Shown: positions 47,469 to 57,340, numbered from the stretch's first letter. The stretch: 64,000 nt of DNA from Gemmatimonadales bacterium (GCA_044229245.1 JBGATI010000017.1:16830-80829); one strand, 5' to 3'. Made by a program: numbers and translations. Notes: a model not told the origin generated them from the sequence alone.

Positions 47469-49100
47469 CTACGACGCGTACACCGGGTAGGTCGCGTCGT
47501 ACATCTGCTTCCGCACCGCCTCGCGGAGATCGGCCGGGCGCGGCGCCTTGGCCAGACCCTCCTCGTACGCCACCTCCGCCACCGCCGTGGCGATCTCCAC
47601 CGACACCTTCCGGATGTCCGAAAGCGGCGGGAAGAGCGAGCCGGCATCGAGTGACTCCTGCGTCACCTGATGCGCCAGCGAGCGGGCCGCCGCGTAGAAC
47701 ATCGTGTCGGTGACCCGAGTCGACTTCGACACGATCACGCCGAGCCCCACGCCCGGGAAGATGTAGGCGTTGTTCCCCTGCCGCGGCAGGAAGGTCTTGC
47801 CATTCGTGCGGACCGTCGGGAATGGACTGCCACTCGCGAAGACCGCCCGGCCCTCGGTCCAGGTATAGGCCTGTTCGGCAGTGCACTCCGACTTGCTGGT
47901 CGGGTTCGAGAGCGGGAAGATGATCGGCCGCTTGTTGATCCGCGCCATCGCGCGCACCGCCGCCTCGGTGAACGAATTCCCCATCGCCGACACCCCGACG
48001 ATCGCGGTCGGCTTCAGTGCTTCCACCGCCTCGAGCAGGCCGGGCGCCTCGGCATGTGGATGGGCATAGGGGAGCTTGTAGTCGGCGAGGTTTGCGCGGC
48101 CGGCCACCACCAGTCCCTTGCTGTCGATGAACCAGCAGCGCTGCCGGGCCGTCGCCTCGGGCATTCCCTCGCGCACCAGCGCGGAGACGATCAGATCGGC
48201 GATCCCGGTGGCGGCGGACCCGGCACCCAGGAAGAGCACCTTCTGCTCGAGCAGCGGCTGCCCGGTGATGCGGGCCGCCGAAAGCAGCCCGGCGAGCGTG
48301 ACCGCCGCGGTGCCCTGAATGTCGTCGTTGAAGCAGCAGACCCGGTCCCGGTAGCGGGCGAGCAGGTGGATGGCATTGTCGGTGGCGAAGTCCTCGAACT
48401 GGATCACCGCCGCCGGGAAGACCTCCTGGACCGCCATCACGAACTCCTCCAGCAGCGCCGCATACTCCTCGCCCCGGAGCCGCGGCTGCTGCAGGCCCAG
48501 GTAGAGCGGGTCGTTGCGGATCTCCTCCCGGTTGGTGCCGACGTCGATCGTCAGCGGCAGGCACATGGAGGGGTCGACCCCGGCGCAGGCGGTATAGAGC
48601 GAGAGCTTGCCGATCGGGATCCCCATCCCGTTGGCGCCGAGATCGCCGAGGCCGAGAATCCGCTCGCCATCGGTGACCACGATCATGCGGACCTCGTGCT
48701 CGGGCCAGTTGCGGAGCACCTCGCGCACCCGGCCGCGGTCCTTCGCGGTCACGTACAGGCCGCGGGGGCGGCGGAAAATGTGCCCGAAGCGGACGCACGC
48801 CTCACCCACCGTCGGGGTATAGAGGACCGGCAGCATCTCCTCGACGTGCGACATCACGGTGCGGTAGAAGAGGTGCTCGTTCCGGTCCTGCAGGCTGATC
48901 AGGTAGATGTACTGCTCGATGGGGCTCGGCTTCAGCAGGAAGTTCTCGATGATCCGCGCCTGCTGCTCGTCCTGCGTGGTCACCCGCGGCGGCAGCAGGC
49001 CGCGCAGGCCGAGGCGGTCCCGCTCGGCGTCCGTGAAGCTGGTGCCCTTGTTCAGGCGGGGATCGTGGAGGTACTCCATCGCGGGGCGCTGTTCAGACAT
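47469..49100 (-). CDS. NAD(P)-dependent malic enzyme
   Basis: LNKGTSFTDAERDRLGLRGLLPP, PVLYTPTVGEAC and FNDDIQGTAAV. Confidence 0.9.
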   Translation of the reverse strand: MSEQRPAMEYLHDPRLNKGTSFTDAERDRLGLRGLLPPRVTTQDEQQARIIENFLLKPSPIEQYIYLISLQDRNEHLFYRTVMSHVEEMLPVLYTPTVGEACVRFGHIFRRPRGLYVTAKDRGRVREVLRNWPEHEVRMIVVTDGERILGLGDLGANGMGIPIGKLSLYTACAGVDPSMCLPLTIDVGTNREEIRNDPLYLGLQQPRLRGEEYAALLEEFVMAVQEVFPAAVIQFEDFATDNAIHLLARYRDRVCCFNDDIQGTAAVTLAGLLSAARITGQPLLEQKVLFLGAGSAATGIADLIVSALVREGMPEATARQRCWFIDSKGLVVAGRANLADYKLPYAHPHAEAPGLLEAVEALKPTAIVGVSAMGNSFTEAAVRAMARINKRPIIFPLSNPTSKSECTAEQAYTWTEGRAVFASGSPFPTVRTNGKTFLPRQGNNAYIFPGVGLGVIVSKSTRVTDTMFYAAARSLAHQVTQESLDAGSLFPPLSDIRKVSVEIATAVAEVAYEEGLAKAPRPADLREAVRKQMYDATYPVYAS

Positions 49101-49127
49101 GGGATGGACTCGGGTGAGAGATCGGGG

Positions 49128-51242
49128 TCAGTCGCCTGGGGGAGCGAGCATGACCCGGGCGTCGACGGCGCGGACGCCATCGGCGAAAGCGAGCACAGGA
49201 TTGAGATCGAGTTCGGCAATGTCGGGAAAATCGGTCGCGAGCCGGGAAACGCGGAGCAGCACATCCTCCAGCGCGCCGAGATCGGCGGGCGGTGCACCGC
49301 GCACCCCGGTGAGCAGACGGAATCCGCGGATGCCGCGCACCATGTCCGCGGCATCCAGACGGTGAATCGGCGCCAGGCGGAAGACCACGTCGTGCAGGAC
49401 CTCGACGAGCGTGCCCCCCAGCCCGAACATCAGCATCGGGCCGAGCGAGGGATCGCGTGACATGCCCACGATCATCTCCCGCCCTCCCTTCACCATCTGC
49501 TGGACCAGCACACCGGTGATCGGCGCCTCGGGCTGCGCGCGCCGCGCGCCGGCCATGATATCCTCATAGGCGGTCCGCACCTCATCCGCATTACCGAGGT
49601 CGACCTGCACCCCGCCGACGTCGGTCTTATGGATGATGGCCGGTGCCACGATCTTCATCACGACGGGGAATCCCATCTGCTCAGCCGCCGTGACGGCGGA
49701 CTCGGCGCTGGTCGCAAGCGACGCGCTCGCCGTGGGAATTCCGTACGCCTGGAGCAGTTGCAGCGATTCGATCTCGTCGAGACGGGGTCGCCCTTCGCTG
49801 CGGGCCTTGAGCAGAATCGCGGCGGCTCCCGCCCGATCCGCCGGCAGCTCCTCCGCCACCGGCAGCGGGCGCTCCCGCCATTCGCGATAACGGCACATCG
49901 CCGCGAGTGCCCGGGCCGCGGATTCGGGGAAGATATAGGCCGGGATGTTGTCGGCGTGGAGCTCCGCTCTCCCCTGCGGCAGCCCCTGCCGGCCCATCAG
50001 CACGGCGATGAGCGGCTTGTCGGGGCCGCCCGCCTTGGCCGCGACGATCGCCTCGGCCACGTCCGCCTGACGAACCCCCATCGGCGGCACGAAGATCGAC
50101 ATCACGGCGTCGATCCCCGGATCGTCCAGCAGGGCGCCGAGTGCGGCGCGATAGCCGGGCGGGGTCGCGGAGGCGATCATGTCGAGCGGATTGCGCAGCG
50201 AGGCCTCTTCGGGGAAGAGCGGCTTCAGCCGCGCAACGGTCGTCGCATCGAGATCGGCGACGTTCAGGTTGTTGGCCTCGAGCGCGTCGGCGGCGAGAAT
50301 GCCGGGCCCGCCGGAATTGGTGACGACGGCGACCCGGCGCCCGCGGGGCAGCGGCTGGCCGTTGAACGACATCGCCAGGTCGAAGAGCTCTTCCACCGAG
50401 CCGGCGCGCAGCACGCCCGCCTGCGCGAGCAGCGCCTCGACGGCGATGTCGCTCGCCGCGAGCGCCCCGGTGTGGGACGACGCGGCACGGGCTCCGACGC
50501 GGGAGCGCCCCGACTTCACCACGATGATCGGCTTCTTCCGGGTCACGCGCGATGCGACCTCGAGGAACCGGCGCGGATGCCCGAAATTCTCCACGTACAT
50601 CAGGATGACCTCGATGCCCGGATCATCCTCCCAGTGCAGCAGGAGATCGGTGCCGCTCACGTCCGGCTTGTTGCCCATCGACACGAACTGCGCGATACCG
50701 ATGCCGTATTCCTGGGCATAGTCGAGCACCGACAGCCCCATCGCCCCCGACTGACTCACGAAGCCCGCCCGGCCGAACGGCGGCATGCTCGGCGCGAAGG
50801 TGGCGTTCATCGAGATGGCGGGATCGGCGTTGAGGACCCCCATGCAGTTCGGACCGACGAGCCGCATCCCGTGACGACGGCAGATCTCGACCAGTTCGCG
50901 CTCCCGCTCCACCCCCTCGCCACCCACTTCCCGGAAGCCCGCGCTGATCACGACGAGGCCGCGCACCCCCTTCCGGCCGCACTCCTCCGCGACGCTCGCG
51001 ACATGCGCCTTCGGCACGCAGACCACCGCCATGTCCACCGCATCGGGAATCGCGGTGACGCTCGGCCAGGCCTTGATGGAGTGAATGGAGGCCGCGCTCG
51101 GATTCACCGGATAGACCGTGCCGGTGAAGCCGTAGTTCACGAGATTGGCGAGGATCTGATGGCCGATGGTGGTCGGCGAGCGCGAGGCCCCGACGACGGC
51201 GATGGACTTCGGTGAGAGTGTCGGGTCGAGTGAGCGCGTCAT
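49128..51242 (-). CDS. ADP-forming acyl-CoA (acetate--CoA) synthetase, fused alpha/beta
   Basis: SIAVVGASRSPTTIGHQIL, VYPVNP and GPNCMGV, with a C-terminal ATP-grasp part. Confidence 0.85.
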   Translation of the reverse strand: MTRSLDPTLSPKSIAVVGASRSPTTIGHQILANLVNYGFTGTVYPVNPSAASIHSIKAWPSVTAIPDAVDMAVVCVPKAHVASVAEECGRKGVRGLVVISAGFREVGGEGVERERELVEICRRHGMRLVGPNCMGVLNADPAISMNATFAPSMPPFGRAGFVSQSGAMGLSVLDYAQEYGIGIAQFVSMGNKPDVSGTDLLLHWEDDPGIEVILMYVENFGHPRRFLEVASRVTRKKPIIVVKSGRSRVGARAASSHTGALAASDIAVEALLAQAGVLRAGSVEELFDLAMSFNGQPLPRGRRVAVVTNSGGPGILAADALEANNLNVADLDATTVARLKPLFPEEASLRNPLDMIASATPPGYRAALGALLDDPGIDAVMSIFVPPMGVRQADVAEAIVAAKAGGPDKPLIAVLMGRQGLPQGRAELHADNIPAYIFPESAARALAAMCRYREWRERPLPVAEELPADRAGAAAILLKARSEGRPRLDEIESLQLLQAYGIPTASASLATSAESAVTAAEQMGFPVVMKIVAPAIIHKTDVGGVQVDLGNADEVRTAYEDIMAGARRAQPEAPITGVLVQQMVKGGREMIVGMSRDPSLGPMLMFGLGGTLVEVLHDVVFRLAPIHRLDAADMVRGIRGFRLLTGVRGAPPADLGALEDVLLRVSRLATDFPDIAELDLNPVLAFADGVRAVDARVMLAPPGD

Positions 51243-51285
51243 GCCTCAATCCTCACCCCGAGCGGGTGAATCAGCGGTGACTCGT

Positions 51286-52722
51286 TTATGAAGAATCCCT
51301 CATCGTCGCTCCTGCGGTCGTCAGAGCGGAGGCGGCGGGGAGGGAGAGCAGGACCTTGAGCCCGCCGAGTCGGCTCCGGGAGCCGAACACCTCCCCGCCA
51401 TGGAGCGCGACAATCGCATTGACGACCGAGAGCCCCAGCCCGACCCCTCCGGCCCGGTTACGCGTCCTGGATTCGTCTGCGAGGAAAAAGGGCGAGAAGA
51501 GCTGCGGCAGCAGGGCTTCGGGCACCCCGGGGCCGCTGTCCTCGACCGAGAGGGTCACCCGATCTCCGGCGCGGCCGAGCTCGACCTGTCCCCGTGTGCC
51601 CGGGGGCGTGTGCCGGGAGATGTTGTCGAGGAGCTGCTCTACGGCGAGCGAAAGGAGCCGCGGGTCGGCCTCGCAATAGAGACCCGCCGGGGCCTCCCCG
51701 ATCTCGATGGTGCATCCGGCGAGGCGGCGGGCAACCTGACGCACGGCGCTTGCCGCCAGCCGAGCGAGGTCCACCCGTTCAGGCCGCAGTTCCGCCTCAC
51801 CTGCCTCGAAGCGGGTGAGGAAGATGAGCTGGTCTCCCATCTGCCCCAGCCGCTCGACCTCCTCGAGCACACTCCCGAGCAGCGCGCGGTACTCCTCTGG
51901 CCGGCGCTCGCGATGGAGCGCGACCTCGAGTTCCCCTCGCATTGCGGAGATCGGCGTGCGCAGCTCGTGGCCGACATCGCGGATGATGCGCCGCTGGACG
52001 CTGAGGGAGCGCTCCAGCCGGGCGAGCATCGCGTTCAGCACCTCGACCAGCGACCGGAGCTCGATGACGTCGGCATGCACGGTGATCTGCTGCGGCCCGC
52101 CGCGCGCATGGATGCTCTGGGCCTGCGCGGCGATTTCGGCGACCGGCTCGAGCGAGGACCGGGCGAGCCAGGCCGCCCCCACGGCGGTGACCAGGGTGCC
52201 GAGGAGGACCGTGGCGAGGATGCGGATCAGGATGGTCCGCGTGGCGTAGAAGACCGGCGTGACCAGGGCCGCCACCTGCAGCACGGCGACATCACCGGCC
52301 GGGCCCCGGCCCGGGGTCGGCCCGGGAACGTAGATCGAGCGGAAGGTCCGCCCACCCATGCGCGTCGTTGCCCAGCCCGGTTGCCCGGAGCGGGCGATGA
52401 TCATCGCGGAGCTGTCGAGGGGGAGGGTGGCCGCGAGCCGGGAGTTGCCCTTGAGAATATGGCCCGCGGCGTCGCGTGTGACGACCAGGCGGATGCCCTC
52501 GGTCACGGTGCCGCTCAGGTCGCTCGCGCCGGCGTGAGCGGTCAGCGGCTCGCCGCTCGCCACCACGTCGGACATGATGGCGGCCGCTTCCCCGAGGGCG
52601 CGATCGAGTTCGTTCTCGAGCGTGGTGCGCACGCCGAGATAGGCCCAGAGCCCGATGAACAGGAGCGCCGCCAGCATGGTGGCGGCGTAGCGCATCGTGA
52701 GCGTGCGTTGGAGCGAGCGCAT
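51286..52722 (-). CDS. Sensor histidine kinase (periplasmic loop, HAMP, HisKA, HATPase_c)
   Basis: H-box DVGHELRTPISAM. G-boxes DSGPGV and GVGLGLS. Confidence 0.85.
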   Translation of the reverse strand: MRSLQRTLTMRYAATMLAALLFIGLWAYLGVRTTLENELDRALGEAAAIMSDVVASGEPLTAHAGASDLSGTVTEGIRLVVTRDAAGHILKGNSRLAATLPLDSSAMIIARSGQPGWATTRMGGRTFRSIYVPGPTPGRGPAGDVAVLQVAALVTPVFYATRTILIRILATVLLGTLVTAVGAAWLARSSLEPVAEIAAQAQSIHARGGPQQITVHADVIELRSLVEVLNAMLARLERSLSVQRRIIRDVGHELRTPISAMRGELEVALHRERRPEEYRALLGSVLEEVERLGQMGDQLIFLTRFEAGEAELRPERVDLARLAASAVRQVARRLAGCTIEIGEAPAGLYCEADPRLLSLAVEQLLDNISRHTPPGTRGQVELGRAGDRVTLSVEDSGPGVPEALLPQLFSPFFLADESRTRNRAGGVGLGLSVVNAIVALHGGEVFGSRSRLGGLKVLLSLPAASALTTAGATMRDSS

Positions 52723-52769
52723 TCGGGCTCGGAACTTCGAGGGGGCAGCGTCGGACGGGTCACCGGCAC

Positions 52770-53141
52770 TCAGGCCGGGTGAGAACTCCGGGGCAGCATC
52801 GATTCGACCCGCTGCAGCAGATCGTCGAACCGGAACGGCTTGGTCACATAGGCGTCGACGCCGGCCCCCAGGGCGGTCCGGATGTCGTGGGCGTCATCGC
52901 GCGCCGTGAGCATGAGGATCGGAAGAGTCTGACCCTTGCGGCGAAGCTCGGCCGCGACCTCCGGCCCGCTCCGCTTGGGGAGCATATAATCGAGGAGAAT
53001 GAGATCGAACCGCCCGGCGAGGGCCTGCGCGAGGGCATCCTCACCGTCGCGCGCGACCGCGACCTCGAACTGTTCCTCGCGGAAGCCCTGCTCGAGAAAT
53101 CCGGCAACCTTCCGGTCGTCTTCGACGATAAGAATCTTCAC
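52770..53141 (-). CDS. Single-domain response regulator (REC only, OmpR-like receiver without a DNA-binding domain)
   Basis: GTG start. MKILIVEDD ... LILLDYMLP ... VTKPF. The ORF stops right after the receiver domain. Confidence 0.85.
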   Translation of the reverse strand: MKILIVEDDRKVAGFLEQGFREEQFEVAVARDGEDALAQALAGRFDLILLDYMLPKRSGPEVAAELRRKGQTLPILMLTARDDAHDIRTALGAGVDAYVTKPFRFDDLLQRVESMLPRSSHPA

Positions 53142-53214
53142 GGTCCAAGGCTATCGCCCGGACCGTGAAGATCACATGAAGGAATGGTGTACGTCTGCCG
53201 TGAACCGCGACAGG

Positions 53215-54465
53215 TCAGCGCAGCGGGGCAGGCAGCTTGATGAAGAAGACCTCGTTGAAGTCCGCGCCATCCAGTTTGGGCAGCAGCTTCGGCGCCGGCC
53301 CCTCGATCACCCCGAAATCGTCGTCGTTCGAGATCGCGATGGTGCTGTTGTCGACGATCGTGATTCCCTCCGGCTTGTCGTGGGGATAGCCGAGGGCGAG
53401 GAGGTCCACGAGCAGTTCCTTCTTCACCGGTACGATGCCGGCCGCCTGCAGCTCAGCGGGGGCGATCGACTCGAGACTCTTGCCGCCGAACAGCATCCCG
53501 TCGGGGCCGTTGGCGGGATCGGAGACGTCGGTAGCCCCGGTCAGGTCGATCTTGTACACCCGCTTGGTCACGGCGGGCTTGGCCGAGTCGCCCGGCATGT
53601 TCCCGTCCCGCTCAATCACCAGGAAGTGGTCCTTGTCGATGGAGACGATATCGCTGTTGCGGTTGTCGGCCGCATCCTGGAGATAGACGAACTGGCTGCT
53701 CTGCCCCGTCCTGGTGTCGTAGCGGAGCAGTCGGGTGATGGTCGACTTCCGTCCGAGATCCTTCGGGTTGTCGAGCGGGCCCTCGAAGATTGCCACGATG
53801 GTCTTGCGGTCAGGCAGGAGAGTCAGCCCCTCGATGCCACGATTGGCCCGGCGCTTCTGGAGCACCTGCGGAAGCGCGGAGGAGCCGCCGGTGAAGGGAC
53901 TGTAGCGCTCGACCGTGCGGCCATTCTTGTCGAGGTGAAGCAGGCTCGGGCCATACTCCTCGGAGATCCAGAAGCCGCCATCCTTGAGTGCCACGACGCC
54001 CTCCGGATCGACCCCTTCCGCGTCGGAGCGCAACATCTTGCCGTCCGTGCCGAGCGCGGTCTCGCCGGTACCGCCGAGACCGATGAGCGGCGGGATGCCC
54101 GAGAGGGGCTTCTTCTCCTTGTTGGACATTTCGATCTTGGCGACCTGCGTGAGGACGCCGTTCTCGAGCTTGAAGCGACCGATCCGCGGGACGAAGCCCG
54201 GCTGCACGAAGGCCTTGGTGTCCTTGCCGTCATCGTAATTCGGGCCGCGGTCGGCGAGCAGGTAGAAGAAGCCCGGAGCGGCCGGATCCGCAGCGATCCC
54301 GGAACCGTACCCGGCATCGAAGACCTCCACTCCCTTGACGGTCGCCAGGACGGTCCTCGGCAGTACTTTCGCGATCACCGGTGGCTCCTGCTGCAGCTGC
54401 CAGGTCGCCGCAGCACCAGCCATTACCAAACCAAGGGGCATTACCGCCCGCGTCACGAGACCCAT
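53215..54465 (-). CDS. Secreted esterase-like-activity-of-phytase family protein (beta-propeller)
   Basis: DAEGVDPEGVVALKDGGFWISEEYGPSLLHLDKNG and NRGIEGLTLLPD resemble the PF13449 family. Confidence 0.7.
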   Translation of the reverse strand: MGLVTRAVMPLGLVMAGAAATWQLQQEPPVIAKVLPRTVLATVKGVEVFDAGYGSGIAADPAAPGFFYLLADRGPNYDDGKDTKAFVQPGFVPRIGRFKLENGVLTQVAKIEMSNKEKKPLSGIPPLIGLGGTGETALGTDGKMLRSDAEGVDPEGVVALKDGGFWISEEYGPSLLHLDKNGRTVERYSPFTGGSSALPQVLQKRRANRGIEGLTLLPDRKTIVAIFEGPLDNPKDLGRKSTITRLLRYDTRTGQSSQFVYLQDAADNRNSDIVSIDKDHFLVIERDGNMPGDSAKPAVTKRVYKIDLTGATDVSDPANGPDGMLFGGKSLESIAPAELQAAGIVPVKKELLVDLLALGYPHDKPEGITIVDNSTIAISNDDDFGVIEGPAPKLLPKLDGADFNEVFFIKLPAPLR

Positions 54466-54552
54466 TGATGGACTCCTCTATCCGTTGAACCCGGCCCCCA
54501 TGGCTCGGGTGCACGACGTTACCCATCCGAGGCCCCGGATCCGGTCTCGGTA

Positions 54553-55818
54553 GTGCAACGAACTGGTAAAACCGGCCGGATTCGGCCGGAGACAGGCCCG
54601 CCAGAGGAGCCGGTGCGACCGATCAAGGTTGACCCCCCTTCCTTTAGGCGGCATCATCCACCCGTGGCGACGACCGCGAAAAGCCCCGCTCCCCCCGTGA
54701 GCGGCCCGGTTCCGGAAGGGACCGACCTCACCGAAACCCCTCCTGTCGACGAGCACCGGGAGTCCGCCGTTGCGGCGGGACTCCGGTACGTCACCGACTC
54801 GATGCCGGGGATCCGGCGCAAACGCGTCGGCCGGGGCGTGTCCTACCTTCGCCCCGACGGCTCCCGGGTCAAGGACCCGGCGACACTCAAGCGGATCCGC
54901 GGCCTGGTGATCCCGCCCGCCTGGACCGATGTGTGGATCTGTCCCTTCTCCGAGGGGCACATCCAGGTCACCGCCCGCGATGCCAAGGGACGCAAGCAAT
55001 ATCGCTATCACCCCCGGTATCGCGCCGTCCGGGACGAGACCAAGTTCGGCCGGATGCTCGAGTTCAGCGAACTGCTGCCGGGCATCCGTGAACATCTCGA
55101 GCACGATCTCGCGCTCACCGGCCTTCCCCGCCCCAAGCTGCTCGCCACCGTCGTGTGGCTGCTCGAGCGCACCTTCATCCGCGTCGGCAACGACGAATAC
55201 GCCCGGGACAACCGCTCCTACGGGCTCACCACGATGCGGCGCCGGCACCTGACGGTCTCCGGGTCGCGGATGGATTTCGAGTTCCGCGGCAAGAGCGGCG
55301 TGAAGCACGCGCTCTCGGTCACCGACCGCCGCATCGCCCGCATCGTCCAGCACTGCCAGTCGCTCCCCGGCGAGGAGCTGTTCCAGTATCTGGATGAGGA
55401 TGGGAAGCGGCAGTCGGTGGACTCGGGGGACATCAACGAGTATCTGCGGACGATCAGCGGGCGGGAGGTCACGGCGAAGGACTTCCGCACCTGGGCCGGG
55501 ACGATGCTCGCCGCCAACGCGCTCTGCAAGCTGGGCCCGGCGCCGAACGACAAGCAGGCCAAGGCGAACATCGTCGCGGCGGTGGATGAGGTGGCCAAGC
55601 GGCTGGGCAATACCCGTGCGGTCTGCCGCAAGTACTACGTGCATCCGGTGATCATCGAGGCTTACCTCCAGGGACAGGTGCCGCCGATTCCCCCCGAGCC
55701 GCCGACCCCCTCCCGCGATCACCCGTCGGCCAAGATTCGCCGCGACGAGGCGATCGTGCTGAACTTCATTCAGACGTGGGGGAAGGACTCGCCGGCGCCT
55801 GCCTCAACTGAATCCTAG
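54553..55818 (+). CDS. Type IB DNA topoisomerase (bacterial poxvirus-like TopIB)
   Basis: LRYVTDSMPGIRR, IPPAWTDVWI, RDAKGRKQYRYH, FRGKSGVKH, KDFRTWAGT and the catalytic-Tyr context CRKYYVHP. The true start is probably an internal GTG (54664 or 54697). Confidence 0.85.
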   Translation: MQRTGKTGRIRPETGPPEEPVRPIKVDPPSFRRHHPPVATTAKSPAPPVSGPVPEGTDLTETPPVDEHRESAVAAGLRYVTDSMPGIRRKRVGRGVSYLRPDGSRVKDPATLKRIRGLVIPPAWTDVWICPFSEGHIQVTARDAKGRKQYRYHPRYRAVRDETKFGRMLEFSELLPGIREHLEHDLALTGLPRPKLLATVVWLLERTFIRVGNDEYARDNRSYGLTTMRRRHLTVSGSRMDFEFRGKSGVKHALSVTDRRIARIVQHCQSLPGEELFQYLDEDGKRQSVDSGDINEYLRTISGREVTAKDFRTWAGTMLAANALCKLGPAPNDKQAKANIVAAVDEVAKRLGNTRAVCRKYYVHPVIIEAYLQGQVPPIPPEPPTPSRDHPSAKIRRDEAIVLNFIQTWGKDSPAPASTES

Positions 55819-55922
55819 GGCGCTCGCCCTGCGCGATCCCTCCCGGCGCTCGGCCTGCGCGATTCCACCCGGGGCTCGCCCTGCGCGATCCCTCCCGGCG
55901 CTCGGCCTCGCGGTGCTACAGA
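55819..55922. repeat. Four tandem 26-bp units (or 2 x 52 bp) starting 1 nt after the TopIB stop
   Basis: Units are 55819-55844, 55845-55870, 55871-55896 and 55897-55922. Units 1 and 3 match 25/26. An inverted partial copy (CGCGCAGGGC, 55961-55970) follows. Confidence 0.8.
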
Positions 55923-55989
55923 GGATTCCGCGGCTGCGAGGCCACGCGCCTCCCGGGACCCGCGCAGGGCTCGCAGCGAGAACCTTGCG

Positions 55990-56074
55990 CTACGCACTAC
56001 TCACTACGCACTAAGTACTAAGTACTAAGTACTAAGTACTAAGTACTAAGTACTCGGAACCCGGAACCCCGGAA
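55990..56074. repeat. Heptanucleotide tract: CTACGCA CTACTCA CTACGCA, (CTAAGTA)x6, then CTCGGAA CCCGGAA CCCCGGAA
   Basis: Read directly from the sequence. The core 56011-56052 is six perfect CTAAGTA copies, 71 % A+T in a very GC-rich genome. Confidence 0.9.
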
Positions 56075-56078
56075 CCCT

Positions 56079-57278
56079 CTACTCTCCCCCGTAGACGACG
56101 CCTCGCTTCTCCGGCCCGACTGCCGCGATGACCGCCCCGCCGAGGAAGACCGTCGCCGCCGTGCAGGCCATGGCCCAGGTGTAGCTGAAGCGCGCCGCAA
56201 AGATCGCCTCGATGTACACGACACTCCCCGCCACCAGCACGCCGCATTGATAGGCAAATCCTGGCAGGAATCCGCGCACCGCGTCGGGGGCCAGCTCGGT
56301 GATGTGCGCCGGGATCACCCCCCAGGCGCCCTGCACCATGAACTGCATCAGAAAGGCGCCGACGAACAGCACCGGCAGTGACGGGGCAAAGGCCCACGCC
56401 GGGATCATCACCAGCGCGCCGACCAGGGCGGTGACCATCGCCCGACGGCGGCCGATCCGGTCCGAGTACATCCCGAACAGCACCCCGCCCAGTACGGCGC
56501 CCACCATCGAGACCGCGGTCAGCACGGCGCGGCGCTGCGGCGTGAAGCCCCAGTCGCGCTGGAGGAAGGTCGGATAGAGGTCCTGGGTGCCGTGGGAGAC
56601 GAAGTTCATCATCGTCATCAGCGCCCAGAGATACAGGAAGATTCGCCAGTGCGAGAGAATCCCCCGGCCGAGCTGGGACCAGTCCTTGTGCCGGGTACGC
56701 TGCCATACCTCCGACTCGGGCACCTTGAAGCGGACGTAGATGGCGAGCAGCGCGGGCAGCCCGCCGATGAAGAACATCGGTCGCCAGCCCCACCGCGGAA
56801 AGACGATCAGGTAGCACAGCGCCGCGAGCAGATAGCCGACGGCATAGCCCTGCTGGAGCAGTCCGGAAAAGAGGCCGCGCAGCCTCGGCGGGACCTTCTC
56901 CATCACCAGGGAGGCGCCGACTCCCCACTCGCCTCCCATGCCGATGCCGAACAGCGCCCTGAGCACCAGGAAGGTTCCATAGCTCGGCGCGAGCCCAGAC
57001 AGCACCTCGATGAACGCATAGAAGATGAGATTGACCATCAGCGGGATGCGCCGGCCATAGCGGTCGGCCATCAGCCCGAAGATCAGCGCGCCCACCGGGC
57101 GGAACGCCAGCGTCACGGTGACCGAGAGCGCGAGTTCGGCGTCGGTGCGGCCGAACTCCTTGGCGATCGCGGTCAGCGTCATGACCACGACGAAGAAGTC
57201 GAAGGCGTCGAGCGTCCAGCCGAGGAACCCGGCGAGGACGGTGGCGCGGTGCCCGGAGGCAGCGTCTGATGGGGTCAT
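56079..57278 (-). CDS. MFS transporter (12 TM; anion/sugar-acid porter-like)
   Basis: Start is the ATG at 57278 (MTPSDAAS). GLMADRYGRRIPL and SDRIGRRRAM are the MFS loop 2-3 and 8-9 motifs. Confidence 0.85.
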   Translation of the reverse strand: MTPSDAASGHRATVLAGFLGWTLDAFDFFVVVMTLTAIAKEFGRTDAELALSVTVTLAFRPVGALIFGLMADRYGRRIPLMVNLIFYAFIEVLSGLAPSYGTFLVLRALFGIGMGGEWGVGASLVMEKVPPRLRGLFSGLLQQGYAVGYLLAALCYLIVFPRWGWRPMFFIGGLPALLAIYVRFKVPESEVWQRTRHKDWSQLGRGILSHWRIFLYLWALMTMMNFVSHGTQDLYPTFLQRDWGFTPQRRAVLTAVSMVGAVLGGVLFGMYSDRIGRRRAMVTALVGALVMIPAWAFAPSLPVLFVGAFLMQFMVQGAWGVIPAHITELAPDAVRGFLPGFAYQCGVLVAGSVVYIEAIFAARFSYTWAMACTAATVFLGGAVIAAVGPEKRGVVYGGE

Positions 57279-57340
57279 GGGTGGCGGGAAGTATGCGCCC
57301 GGATTGGGGACCCGGCTAGCGACCAGGAGCCGGGAGTCGG

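Noticed and set aside
56032-56928. 298-aa and 72-aa minus-strand ORFs ending in the heptamer tract (…EYLVLST)
   Set aside because: They are alternative frames of the MFS transporter gene. The MFS frame has canonical MFS motifs and these do not.
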